From contig CBFFRP010000363.1 in NCBI GenBank assembly GCA_965644295.1, forward strand, positions 558,001-622,000: 64,000 nucleotides of DNA, in the 5' to 3' direction. Each line of letters opens with the position of its first letter. The first letter of the stretch is position 1. This document shows positions 44,101 to 55,400 of the stretch, piece after piece. Position numbers and translations under genes: made by a program. Origin of the DNA: Paraphysomonas bandaiensis (Eukaryota > Protista > Chrysophyceae). The notes under the pieces are model-generated. The model saw only the letters and a program-made list of their open reading frames with translations. It was not told the origin of the DNA and did not search any database.

Positions 44101-47100
44101 AAGGTTGTTTACAATACTACACCCTGATACAAGTATCTCGCTGAGTAGTGGGAAATCATTGATGCCATTTTCAGATGATATGAGAACACCACCACCTATT
44201 CCTCCAGCCGTGTTGTTCCGAACAATACAGTTTAGTATAGAGACAGCAATATGAGCCATTCCAATGACTAAACCGCCACCATTCGCAAGAGCTCTATTAC
44301 CCTCCACAACCACCTGATCAGTAGGGCGATTAGGAAAAACACCATTATATGACCACAACAGTTTCGTTTAGTATACGTGCAGTGTAATAAATCTAAAAGT
44401 CATACGTTGATAATATCAGAAGGCAGACAACGGACCTGCTGTAAAGTAGTTCCCGTATTGGTACTTCGTAGATAGACTCCCCCTCCAGGACCACTCAAAG
44501 CCGTGTTGTTTCTAATGTGCGTGTTCACTATAATTCCAAACCTGCTATCACGATTTAGCATAATCCCTGCCCCTGTGAACACATCAACAATGTGCAGATG
44601 AAGTACAATGAGACTATACGTAAATGTGTTCGCGTTATACCTGAGTACCCAACGTTCTCTTCTATAACCGTACGTTTAGTAGGATACGACTCCGGAAACA
44701 CTGGAGTGATAGTAAATGTCGCCTCTATCCGGCTATCTGAGTAGTAAACAGCCACAGATGTAGAAGGAATATGCAATGCAGGATAGTTTATCCCTGGGAT
44801 ATTTGCATCATTGACAATAAAGTACAGCTCATTGTTAGCAATAAAGTATATGCTCTCGCTTGATTTCAATGTTACATCCGCATCAAATAAAACAATGAGC
44901 TCTGTTGAGCCATTTACCTCACCGGGTTCAAAATATATATCATCTCCATTCGTGTGCGTGACAACCACTGATTGATAGAACGCTTCACTGTCCGAAATAA
45001 GTAATTGCGAGCTGGAAGACGCGAAATAAAGTCCAGCACCCCAAGATGATGCCCGGTTTTCTTTAATATCACACCCTGCGATCACTGGACGGACAAGAGT
45101 GAAGGCGGTCAATGCACCACCGTAGCTGGCATAGTTTCCGTCAAAGAGGCACTCCACAATGTGGGAGTCCAAGTTGCCATCATACAAACAAACCCCACCA
45201 CCAGAGTACGCTGAGTTAGAGTAAAACTCACAGAACTTGATAGTTGTGTCCGCACCAGAAAGCCCTACAAATAAAGCGCCACCAACCACATCAGCCGTGC
45301 AGTCAACAAAAGTACAGTTCTCGATAAGCAATGACTCAGTATCGGTCCCACACGCCACACCACCCCCACCAGAAGCTGCAGAACATCGAGATAAGTATGA
45401 CCCTGCAACCACCCCACCAGCAACATTGTCAGCGAAGTAGATTCCTCCTCCAAAGTCACCCGCAGAGCAATTGTATATTTGACAGTCCATTATTTTTGGA
45501 GAGGCACTACTCGCCCCAATGTAAACAGCCCCCCCACTCGAAATCTCAGAGATACAAGAATCAAATATTGTGTTCACGATCGAGACCTCGTCTTGATCAT
45601 TTCCAATATACACTCCTCCACCTTCTGAATATGCAGTGCAACGAATGAAAGTGGAGTCAGATATACGAACACCGAGACTCCCTGAGGAAATATGCACACA
45701 GCCGCCTTGCCCAGAAGCATGGCAGTCGCTCATTGTCACGTTTAACAAAGACATCCCATCGTTATCAGCCTGGAAACCCACACATCCTCCATAGGATGAT
45801 ATACCCTCCCCTTCACATGACGTAAACACTGTATTCGAAATGACCATATGCCTGTTGTCATACCCCACGGATAGGCACCCATTGGACATGCCTGCTATCC
45901 CACGATACAAATACGAGTTGTCAATGGTAACATTGTGGTTCGACTGGTATACATACAACATCCCCCCCTTTCCACCTGCATCACATGATCTAAAAAACGT
46001 GCCTGAAATATAGAGTATGTTTCGTGTGCTTACGTAAATGGCTCCCCCATCCTGTCCTGAAGAACAGGACTCAAAATTCACATTATGTACAACAATATCA
46101 TTCTCTTCGTACACAAATACAGCTCCGCCATACTGACCGCATTCACAACGAAAAAATGATGACGTCATAAAAGCGATAGTGCTGTTTAGCATAACCATTA
46201 CGGCACCTCCAGAATCACCAGCTTCACAGCCAAAGAACACACTGTCACTGAAGGTAACATTAGCAACATTGTTGTCTACATATACTCCTCCACCGTCATA
46301 CGTAGCTTGGTTAGTATCGAAGACACAATAGTCACACCTCACTGTCTCTGTATTGTCAGTCAAGTATAGTGCACCCCCTCTATCAGCAAGGTTTGAATCA
46401 AATACTACATGAGAGAGATTCAAAGCACAGTTGCCGTCAAAATATAGAGCACCTCCAAAAGGCGCTTCAAACCCCCGCAAAGTCATATTCGACAACTCTA
46501 ATCGTGGCACAGAAATTAATTCAGAGGAAGATATGCTATGTTCTTCCGTATATGAGTAAGCTATAAATCGCAGATAAGGTTCCGCAACGGCTGTCTCAGA
46601 ATATGCGCCCACAATAGCCGAGCACGAAGTTGATGAGTAACAACCTACACGAAGACAAAGCTCTGAACAACCCTCCGTTGACACGCCGTATACTATCTCC
46701 GATACAACCCCACAGTAGTCATCATTGAACGCCACTTCAGTACCATTCTCGAACAATGAAAATACTGTATCTCCACTGGCAGAGGTTTGTGTATCTCCCG
46801 ACTGGTCACACGAAGTGAATTTAAATACCTCCCCATAGCAGCCTGTTAAGCATGCTTCAGCGTAATTAGTAGTTCCAAAGTCTGTGTCATCTAACACCCC
46901 TGTATCAAGCGGAAACTCCCCTCTAACTGGTTGTGAAGATAAACTTACAAAGCCTTCCCTTGTAACAACAGCACCATTCCCTGTGACAACGATATTGCAG
47001 TGGGGCTCAAGAGTGAGGTCGCCATACTCCGCGCTAAGCGATATATTCTCACTAACGGGAAGTCTTATAGTGCACTCGCCGGTCCCACACGCTTCCAGAC

Positions 47101-47254
47101 ACGACTCCCAGGCGGAGCGCAGGTTGCAGTGACCTGTGTTCGGGGAGCAGAGAGAGGAGTCTGGAGGGGAGTCCACAGAACTATCAACTATGAACTCCAC
47201 TGCACCACACACCACTAATGCTAAAGCTATCGACCAAACACGCAACATATGCAT
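41110..47254 (-). CDS. Large cell-surface protein: polymorphic-membrane-protein-like beta-helix repeats, Cys-rich GCC2/GCC3-like region, C-terminal multi-TM domain (exons about 47254-44641, 44572-44436, 44313-41110)
   Basis: Signal peptide; CNLRSA; many GGA(I/V)Y and FxxN repeats; C..CPKGQY; GYWR; LCAVCSSGY; LSFLWKAYRPQCWYFEIIETTRRLVLT TM module. Confidence 0.85.
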
Positions 47255-47554
47255 CAGGGACTCACAGCGAATCTCAGTACTTTAACATCACATGTACTGC
47301 TCACCTCTCTATAACTGCACTGTATCTACACGGTATCTATCTTACGGTACATTATCACAGCACACAGCACCAGAGAGCAGTGCATCGTATCATCCATATG
47401 GTGATGGGATGATTTCTTATGAACTGAGCGGATTATTCCATAGGCATTCCATCGCCCATACACTCCTGCAGTATATATAATACTACTACAGTGATTGAAT
47501 TTTATACATATCTACTACGTATTTTACGGCCTGTTCCGTAAAAGTCTGGCACTC

Positions 47555-47565
47555 CAGCCGAGTGG
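47555..47565 (+). promoter_or_regulatory. A-box-like Pol III element in the leader of the permuted tRNA
   Basis: CAGCCGAGTGG versus consensus TRGCNNAGYGG (one mismatch), 31 nt upstream of B box GGTTCGAATCC at 47597-47607. Confidence 0.6.
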
Positions 47566-47582
47566 GCAGATCAGTGGGAGTG

Positions 47583-47662
47583 AGCTGAAGATTCCGGGTT
47601 CGAATCCCGGGTAGGGTTTTCGTGTGCCCTGCTGGCCCAATGGATACGGCGTCAGCCTCCTA
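47583..47662 (+). tRNA. trnR-CCU: Circularly permuted tRNA-Arg(CCU): 3' half 47583-47618, linker 47619-47625, 5' half 47626-47662
   Basis: Rejoined halves give a full cloverleaf: acceptor GCCCUGC/GUAGGGU, D arm GCC..AAUGGAUA..GGC with A20, anticodon stem UCAGC/GCUGA with loop CU-CCU-AA, T arm CCGGG-UUCGAAU-CCCGG; flanks form a BHB motif at 37/38. Confidence 0.9.
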
Positions 47663-47670
47663 TCTAGCTA

Positions 47671-47679
47671 TTTTTTTTT
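47671..47679 (+). terminator. RNA polymerase III terminator (T9)
   Basis: Oligo-T run 8 nt after the end of the tRNA 5' half. Confidence 0.8.
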
Positions 47680-49079
47680 GCACTCTTTGCGTATACTGCT
47701 GTATACACTGATGCCTACCACAGTGATACTGCCTCTTGTTAAAGGGGAGTGTCTGAAGGTATACAGTACCATGCGAGGATAGAACTCTTTTCTTTTGGTG
47801 TCACTGTTAGGGCATCCCTTACAGATTAAGTGACATTAGTAACAGGCGGCGATTTTTGAAGCCACTTATTTCATCTCCTCCCTGAGTTGAAACTGTTCAT
47901 CAGAGTGAACTTCAGAGTCCATATTGCCAATGACAAAGTCTAGTTCAACAGACTTACGGTCGCGTAATTGATACCAAACTATAGAGTTGCTGTTTTTAAG
48001 TAAAGGTACCAGCAGTATGAAAGTATGAAACAGTTGATGAAACGTATAGCAATGAATGTTACTGAAGTGTCACTGAATCTTCAAAAGCCAGTTTTCTGGT
48101 GACATTTTGAGGTACAAAAACGCTGTCAGCAACATCTCACTGAAAATAGTACTGAAAAAATGTTACTAAGTCTATTAGTAATACCCTTATGTGGCTGCAA
48201 CATGACTGGACACATTGTAAACACGAGAGATTCACGAGTCTAACAAACACTGACCACCCATCTTTGAATGTTCTGAAAATGTGTGTATCCAGTATGAACA
48301 AAAAAGAGTAAGCAGATGTCAGGTTTATTGATATCCTGCTCATTCATGCCTTTGCTGTTGCATGATCGGTCCAAATATAAGTTCGCCACATTCATTTTTT
48401 GTATTCGATGACCAATGAGATGTCTTTAACCTTCGTTCTGGATATGTGGTAAAGACAGGGTGATCTGGTCTATTTTGTTTTAAGGAGTGCCCCTCATCAA
48501 GTGGCTGAAGAAATGTTTACTCAGAATTAGGAAGTCTAAAAATGTTGCCAATGGAGTTGTTTCACACATCTGGTTCTAGGCTTATGTTGTTTTCGTGGTC
48601 CTAGAAATGAATTGTGTGGAACAGCCTATTCGTTTTCTACATCGCTATATATATCAGTGTTTACATTTATCATTGACAAAAAGAATGAATTTGTTCCACG
48701 AACAAAAACCCTTCTTAGCAAAGAGAGCAGAGCTCCGTAAACCCACATCTACCCTTCTTTTGACCTGATGAGCAGAAGAGATTGTTTTTCTAGATAAAAA
48801 TCAATTTGATGTCTACATACTGTAATTTTCATATTAAAGGGAGGAATCTGCACTCTAGTACCGAAGTGTTTAGGATAATTCGATTAAAAGTGTTCAAGGT
48901 AGATTCATATATTACGTATTATCTGTCTGAATAATTCTTGTTTTAAAGAAATTGTCAAGTAGTTCAGTAGTATAATGTATAATGATTGCCATAATTCAAT
49001 TTACAGTACTGTAAGCTGTAAGTAGATTAATAAGATATAAGATACGTATCTTTGTTGATCGCGGAAGTACTAAAATAAG

Positions 49080-50688
49080 ATAAGGTTTTTTTGCGGCCCG
49101 CCAGGGCCCTCGGCCCTCTAAAATTAATTTTTTTCAGTTTTTGCCTCCTGAAGATTTTGATTTGTTATATTATTTCAGTTATTGTCTTTTAAAGATTTCG
49201 AGTTTTGAAAAAAGAAATGTGATTGGTTTTTAATTTCGACTTTTTGAAAACTTAATACAAATTCATTAATAATTTTGTCATCAAGCAGGCGATTAATAAT
49301 GCATGATTCTAATTCAGAAGAATCAGGGAGAAAAGATAGTTGTAATAGCGATGATCTCCCTACAACTTTTCAGTGGGAAGGTTTCAGATACACTATCAAG
49401 CAGAGGAAGAGGCTTCAAGATGGTTCGGTATAATATATTCTCTATCAGTAAGCCACTGATCCATATATTTAGGAAATTTGAAGGGTTATTATCGGTGCTC
49501 AAAACACCGGAAAGGAAGAACATGTGGCTGTCCAGCTAAATTGACAATTCTTGTTCACGAGGAAGCAGAAGAATCTGATGAAAAACTGATAATTTCAAAG
49601 GGGAAAGAGGAGCACAAATGTGGTGCCACCACCTTTATATTGCCTTCAGATTCACCAACATCTGATGATAATTCCAAGGAGAGGTCGTCGTTTTGTAAAG
49701 GTGTATATGACGCAAGTGGTGAAATGAAACAACTTTGTGAAGCAATGGCGTTGAAAGATGTTTCGAAGTCCTCCATTGCGATTGCAAATGAAGATGCGGA
49801 AACAACGCGAGCGAAATATAAGCAGCTCGGTGAGAGAATTGATATTTTTTTTCTTTTTGCTGTTTTCACTTCATTTTCTTTTGCTTATTTCGGTAGGAAT
49901 GCCATATAGATATCTCGAAACGTCGAAACTCAAAGCTTTGGTGTATCAGTGTAGACGTTTAGAGTTCAATGATTGGGAAGGAATTATATCGTCGTATCCG
50001 CTTGTGAACTGTGCTGATGACAAGAATACGTCGAACTTCGAAACAAAATTCTCAGGGGTCATGCATCCCGGCCGAAACATCTGCCATTCCAGCAATTCAC
50101 ATTGCCAGAGGACTACGCTGCATTTGAAATGGACAGGTCAGTCCAAAGGACTAAGTTTGCGCAGCTCAACCAATACAAGTTTTTGATTGGGAAGAGCCAC
50201 TATGATCCTGAGGATGGGTGCATGTACGAGGTGGTGAGAGTTGGATTTTACGAGGGGTCCATCGTTGGCTATCGCGAGCAGTGCAAACTGCAGAATGGAT
50301 ATGTTGTCGATGTACCCACTGATGATTGTATTTCAATTGAGGAGATAGTGAAATACACTGGATGTGGCAAGGAGTCTACAGTGACAGCCGAAGACTGTGC
50401 TTTCACCGAGGAGATTGAGACATGCTGTATTGCCGCCGGCAGGGCTCAGACCGGCGCCAAACGCCGGTATAGGGCCGGTGGGGCCGGCTCCGAAAAATGT
50501 TTTGGTATAAAGTTGCTCTTGCTTAAGATATTAATAACTCTTGCTAAATTTGACCCTTTGCTTTGTGCGTTATTGTTGCTTGTGGTTGTAGTGTGTGTTG
50601 TGTGTGTTTTTAATTAAGAATTATTGTTATTATTGTTAGTTGTAGTAGAGGGCCAAATGCGGGCCGAGGGCCAAAATTAAATTTTTCC
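49080..50688 (+). mobile_element. Decayed Mutator-like (MULE) DNA transposon
   Basis: Inverted subterminal motifs (ggccctcggccc/gggccgagggcc, ggccctcta/tagagggcc); 9-bp direct repeat TAAAATAAG at 49071-49079 and 50689-50697; internal YYRCSKHRKGRTCGCPAKL...EHKC WRKY/FLYWCH-like zinc finger; no DDE core seen. Confidence 0.6.
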
Positions 50689-50773
50689 TAAAATAAGCAT
50701 GTGTAATGTCAGTTGACAACCCACTGGGACCCAAGGACAGAAAAATTATTGCTTTTTCTTTTTATTAACAAGC

Positions 50774-51984
50774 TTAGGGTGACGGCGTGTCAGGATGAAA
50801 TTCAAGCTTGTGAGTGTGATCATCTTCCAGAGAAGACGCTTCGATAAGGCCCTTTACCTCGGGTATGTAGTGCATAAGCATATTTTCTACACCATTCCGC
50901 AAGGTAATTGAGCTCGACGGGCACCCCACACAAGACCCGGCCAGACGAACCGTTACCATACCTAGGAGCATACATCCACGTCAGTCATACCAGGTTTCAA
51001 TCATAAAGTGATGCACACCTGTCTCTTCATCGAACCCCTCAAATATTATGTCTCCTCCATCTTCCTGAACGGAGGGTCGCACCTTAGTTTCCATTAGCTC
51101 TTTTATAAGAGCAACCACCTAAAAACATTTGTGATTAATCTATACAAAATATACATCACAGTAGCGGAAGATGCACGACGTCACTTATGTGATATATGAA
51201 AACAGCACTAACCTCACTATCATCATCCAGTATCTCTGTGTCCGATGCCTGTGGCTGATCGACAACCACTGGGTCGCCACTTGCATAGTGCTCCATAATT
51301 ACCTCGAACAGTAACGTTGGCAATACTTTCCATGTGTCCTCCTTTGTCTTAGTGATAGCAATGAAATCTCGCCCAAGAAAAACATTTTTTACTCCATTTG
51401 TTTCAAATATTCGCTTCACCAACGGAGATCGGCGAATATTTTTGATGTCAGACGCATCGAAATTCTGACACATAGTCGTCACTAATTTATCACATCTACA
51501 TATATACTTACCATTCCAGTTCCATACTCTTCTGGTAAAACGATTTCTCCAGGAATGAACTTCCAACACTACGGCATTGTGATATCAGACCAACTCGACA
51601 CCAGCCGAAACAAAAGTACAAGCTATACTCTAACAGACACATCACACGGTACATATAGAAACACCCATATAACATATACAACTGATACACGCACATAAGC
51701 TCCACAACAAGACTCGCATACTATACATTTAAGCATCACGAAAGCCAAAATCATATACACATAAAATAACACATAACAAATAGACATATATAACTTACAC
51801 AAGCTCAGTACATATATATGAACTCAGCACATAGCTAAGAGGCATACACATCATATGGACACATGGACACAGGCGCTTATCACATTACCTCAGGGTTGGG
51901 GGTTTTCTCTGTCTGAATATACAGAGACCTGCTGGAGACAACGCGCTGTCTACAAAGCAAACGGAATCCCTGTCTAGCGAGCAT
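50774..51984 (-). CDS. NFU1: Mitochondrial Fe-S cluster carrier NFU1, multi-exon
   Basis: Presequence then [82 protein letters not shown]. Confidence 0.95.
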
Positions 51985-52406
51985 TATAAAATCGAGTCAG
52001 CAGTGAGTCCTAGCGAAAGGGTGAATGATTTGGTGAGGTTGTTATTAGTGACCTGAACATCTAGACATGCACTTTCTGTGCACTGCGGTGGACGTACTGT
52101 ACGGTGTGGAGTATGGTATAGCAGTACAACAGTACGGAGTACGTGAGTTGTAGTACTCGAATTATGTATGTTCTTTTTTTCGCACTGTAGTACATCCCTA
52201 CAGTGTATTCTATTGGTTGTGTGTATCCCGCTGTATACTCATAATATACGCCCTGTACATGTAGCCGTTGGGTTTGGCCATCTCTCATCTGCTGTCACCA
52301 ATGAGTGTGCATGTCTGTCTGTCCATCGTATGCCAGTGCATATAATCTAGAGACATTAACAAGAAACAGACACATAGGTAAGTCATCCCTAGATAGTGCA
52401 TAGACC

Positions 52407-55400
52407 ATGGACGTTGACCGCCCCTTTGTTCTGGAGCTGGAAATAGACGATGAGATATCATTCAAGCCAGCATCAAAGAAGATCCGTGCATTACAGACTC
52501 TCGATTCTAATGCTCTACACTCTCCAGATAGACAACGACGTAATGGCAAACAAGAGCTCACTACTCCCACAAAAATGGCCGTAACTGATGTGGAGACGCC
52601 CCCAACCTGCAAAATTTCTCGGGAAAATAGGAGCCTCAGCAGTGAAACAACCCCAAGCCAAAGACTTGATGCGGATATAAACCCAGCTCCAACAGTTTCA
52701 ATTTCTAAAACAACAGCTAAACCAAAGGCTACCCCTTCGAGATTTTTGGCTAGCGCATACAAGAAGGCGATGCGTTTAGTCTCCACTCCATCTAGAAAAG
52801 ACTCTGTTAAAAACCAATGTTCCAGCCATTCCACCACACACCGGGATGAGGAGAATGCACTAACTGCTCAAGCACCCACTATTTCTATTGATGAGAGTAC
52901 GGCTTTAAAGGATACTAAAGCTGAGCATGTGTCTGACTACTTTATTAATACCACCTTATTCTCTGAAACCTGCTGTGCTGACATATCAATGTCTAATGTA
53001 AACCCAACAACAGGCCGAAACATTGAGAAGGCTTCACTTTCTAAAGATACTGACAGCACCAACGAAACTAAGCAGAATAATGTCATAACAACAGAAGCAT
53101 TACATTCTAACGTTGAAGTAGCGGTGTATGCATTTCCAGAGCTCGAGGCAATCATACCGAAAGAAAATATCAACGATCCTGTTCCCCGTGAGGATGACTA
53201 CTACAAAGAGGTCGTGGTAATCGAGTCATGTGCTGCAGATAAAATAAACAGTGCAATTACTACTGATATCATTGAGGTCTCAGAGGCTGTTAGTCATGAA
53301 GCTGAGCTGACCAATGAAACAATCACCGATGAGACTGAGAAAGTGAGTACTGTGACTGCTTGTGAAGATGCTGAGTCAATGAATGTGACTGCGGAAGCAG
53401 CACCAGAGGTCGTTGCAACTGAGACTGTTATTGAGGTTTCTGAGGCTGCTAGTCATGAAGCTGAGCTGACCAATGACACAATCACCGTTGAGACTGAGAA
53501 AGTGAATACTGTGACTGCTTGTGAAGATGCTGAGTCAATGAATGTGACTGTGGAAGCAGCACCAGAGGTCGTTGCAACTGAGACTGTTATCGAGGTTTCA
53601 GAGGCTGTTAGTCATGAAGCTGAGCTGACCAATGACAAAATCACCGATGAGACTGAGAAAGTGAATACTGTGACTGCTTGTGAAGATGCTGAGTCAATGA
53701 ATGTGACTGTGGAAGCAGCACCAGAGGTCGTTGCAACTGAGACTGTTATCGAGGTTTCAGAGGCTGTTAGTCATGAAGCTGAGCTGACCAATGACACAAT
53801 CACCGATGAGACTGAGAAAGTGAATACTGTGACTGCTTGTGAAGATGCTGAGTCAATGAATGTGACTGTGGAAGCAGCACCAGAGGTCGTTGCAACTGAG
53901 ACTGTTATTGAGGTTTCTGAGGCTGTTAGTCATGAAGCTGAGCTGACCAATGACACAATCACCGTTGAGACTGAGAAAGTGAGTACTGTGACTGCTTGTG
54001 AAGATGCTGAGTCAATGAATGTGACTGTGGAAGCAGCACCAGAGGTCGTTGCAACTGAGACTGTTATCGAGGTTTCAGAGGCTGTTAGTCATGAAGCTGA
54101 GCTGACCAATGACACAATCACCGATGAGACTGAGAAAGTGAATACTGTGACTGCTTGTGAAGATGCTGAGTCAATGAATGTGACTGTGGAAGCAGCACCA
54201 GAGGTCGTTGCAACTGAGACTGTTATCGAGGTTTCTGAGGCTGCTAGTCATGAAGCTGAGCTGACCAATGACATAATCACCGATGAGACTGAGAAAGTGA
54301 ATACTGTGACTGCTTGTGAAGATGCTGAGTCAATGAATGTGACTGTGGAAGCAGCACCAGAGGTCGTTGCAACTGAGACTGTTATCGAGGTTTCTGAGGC
54401 TGTTAGTCATGAAGCTGAGCTGACCAATGACACAATCACCGATGAGACTGAGAAAGTGAATACTGTGACTGCTTGTGAAGATGCTGAGTCAATGAATGTG
54501 ACTGTGGAAGCAGCACCAGAGGTCGTTGCAACTGAGACTGTTATCGAGGTTTCTGAGGCTGTTAGTCATGAAGCTGAGCTGACCAATGACACAATCACCG
54601 TTGAGACTGAGAAAGTGAATACTGTGACTGCTTGTGAAGATGCTGAGTCAATGAATGTGACTGTGGAAGCAGCACCAGAGGTCGTTGCAACTGAGACTGT
54701 TATCGAGGTTTCTGAGGCTGTTAGTCATGAAGCTGAGCTGACCAATGACACAATCACCGATGAGACTGAGAAAGTGAATACTGTGACTGCTTGTGAAGAT
54801 ACTGAGTCAATGAATGTGACTGTGGAAGCAGCACCAGAGGTCGTTGCAACTGAGACTGTTATCGAGGTTTCAGAGGCTGTTAGTCATGAAGCTGAGCTGA
54901 CCAATGACACAATCACCGTTGAGACTGAGAAAGTGAATACTGTGACTGCTTGTGAAGATGCTGAGTCAATGAATGTGACTGTGGAAGCAGCACCAGAGGT
55001 CGTTGCAACTGAGACTGTTATCGAGGTTTCTGAGGCTGTTAGTCATGAAGCTGAGCTGACCAATGACACAATCACCGTTGAGACTGAGAAAGTGAATACT
55101 GTGACTGCTTGTGAAGATACTGAGTCAATGAATGTGACTGTGGAAGCAGCACCAGAGGTCGTTGCAACTGAGACTGTTATCGAGGTTTCAGAGGCTGTTA
55201 GTCATGAAGCTGAGCTGACCAATGACACAATCACCGTTGAGACTGAGAAAGTGAATACTGTGACTGCTTGTGAAGATGCTGAGTCAATGAATGTGACTGT
55301 GGAAGCAGCACCAGAGGTCGTTGCAACTGAGACTGTTATTGAGGTTTCAGAGGCTGTTAGTCATGAAGCTGAGCTGACCAATGGCATAATCACCGATGAG

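Noticed and set aside
47548-47618. Ordinary non-permuted tRNA made from the leader plus the 3' half
   Set aside because: The acceptor stem does not pair, the D arm is defective and the loop is 8 nt without U33; the downstream 5' half pairs correctly.
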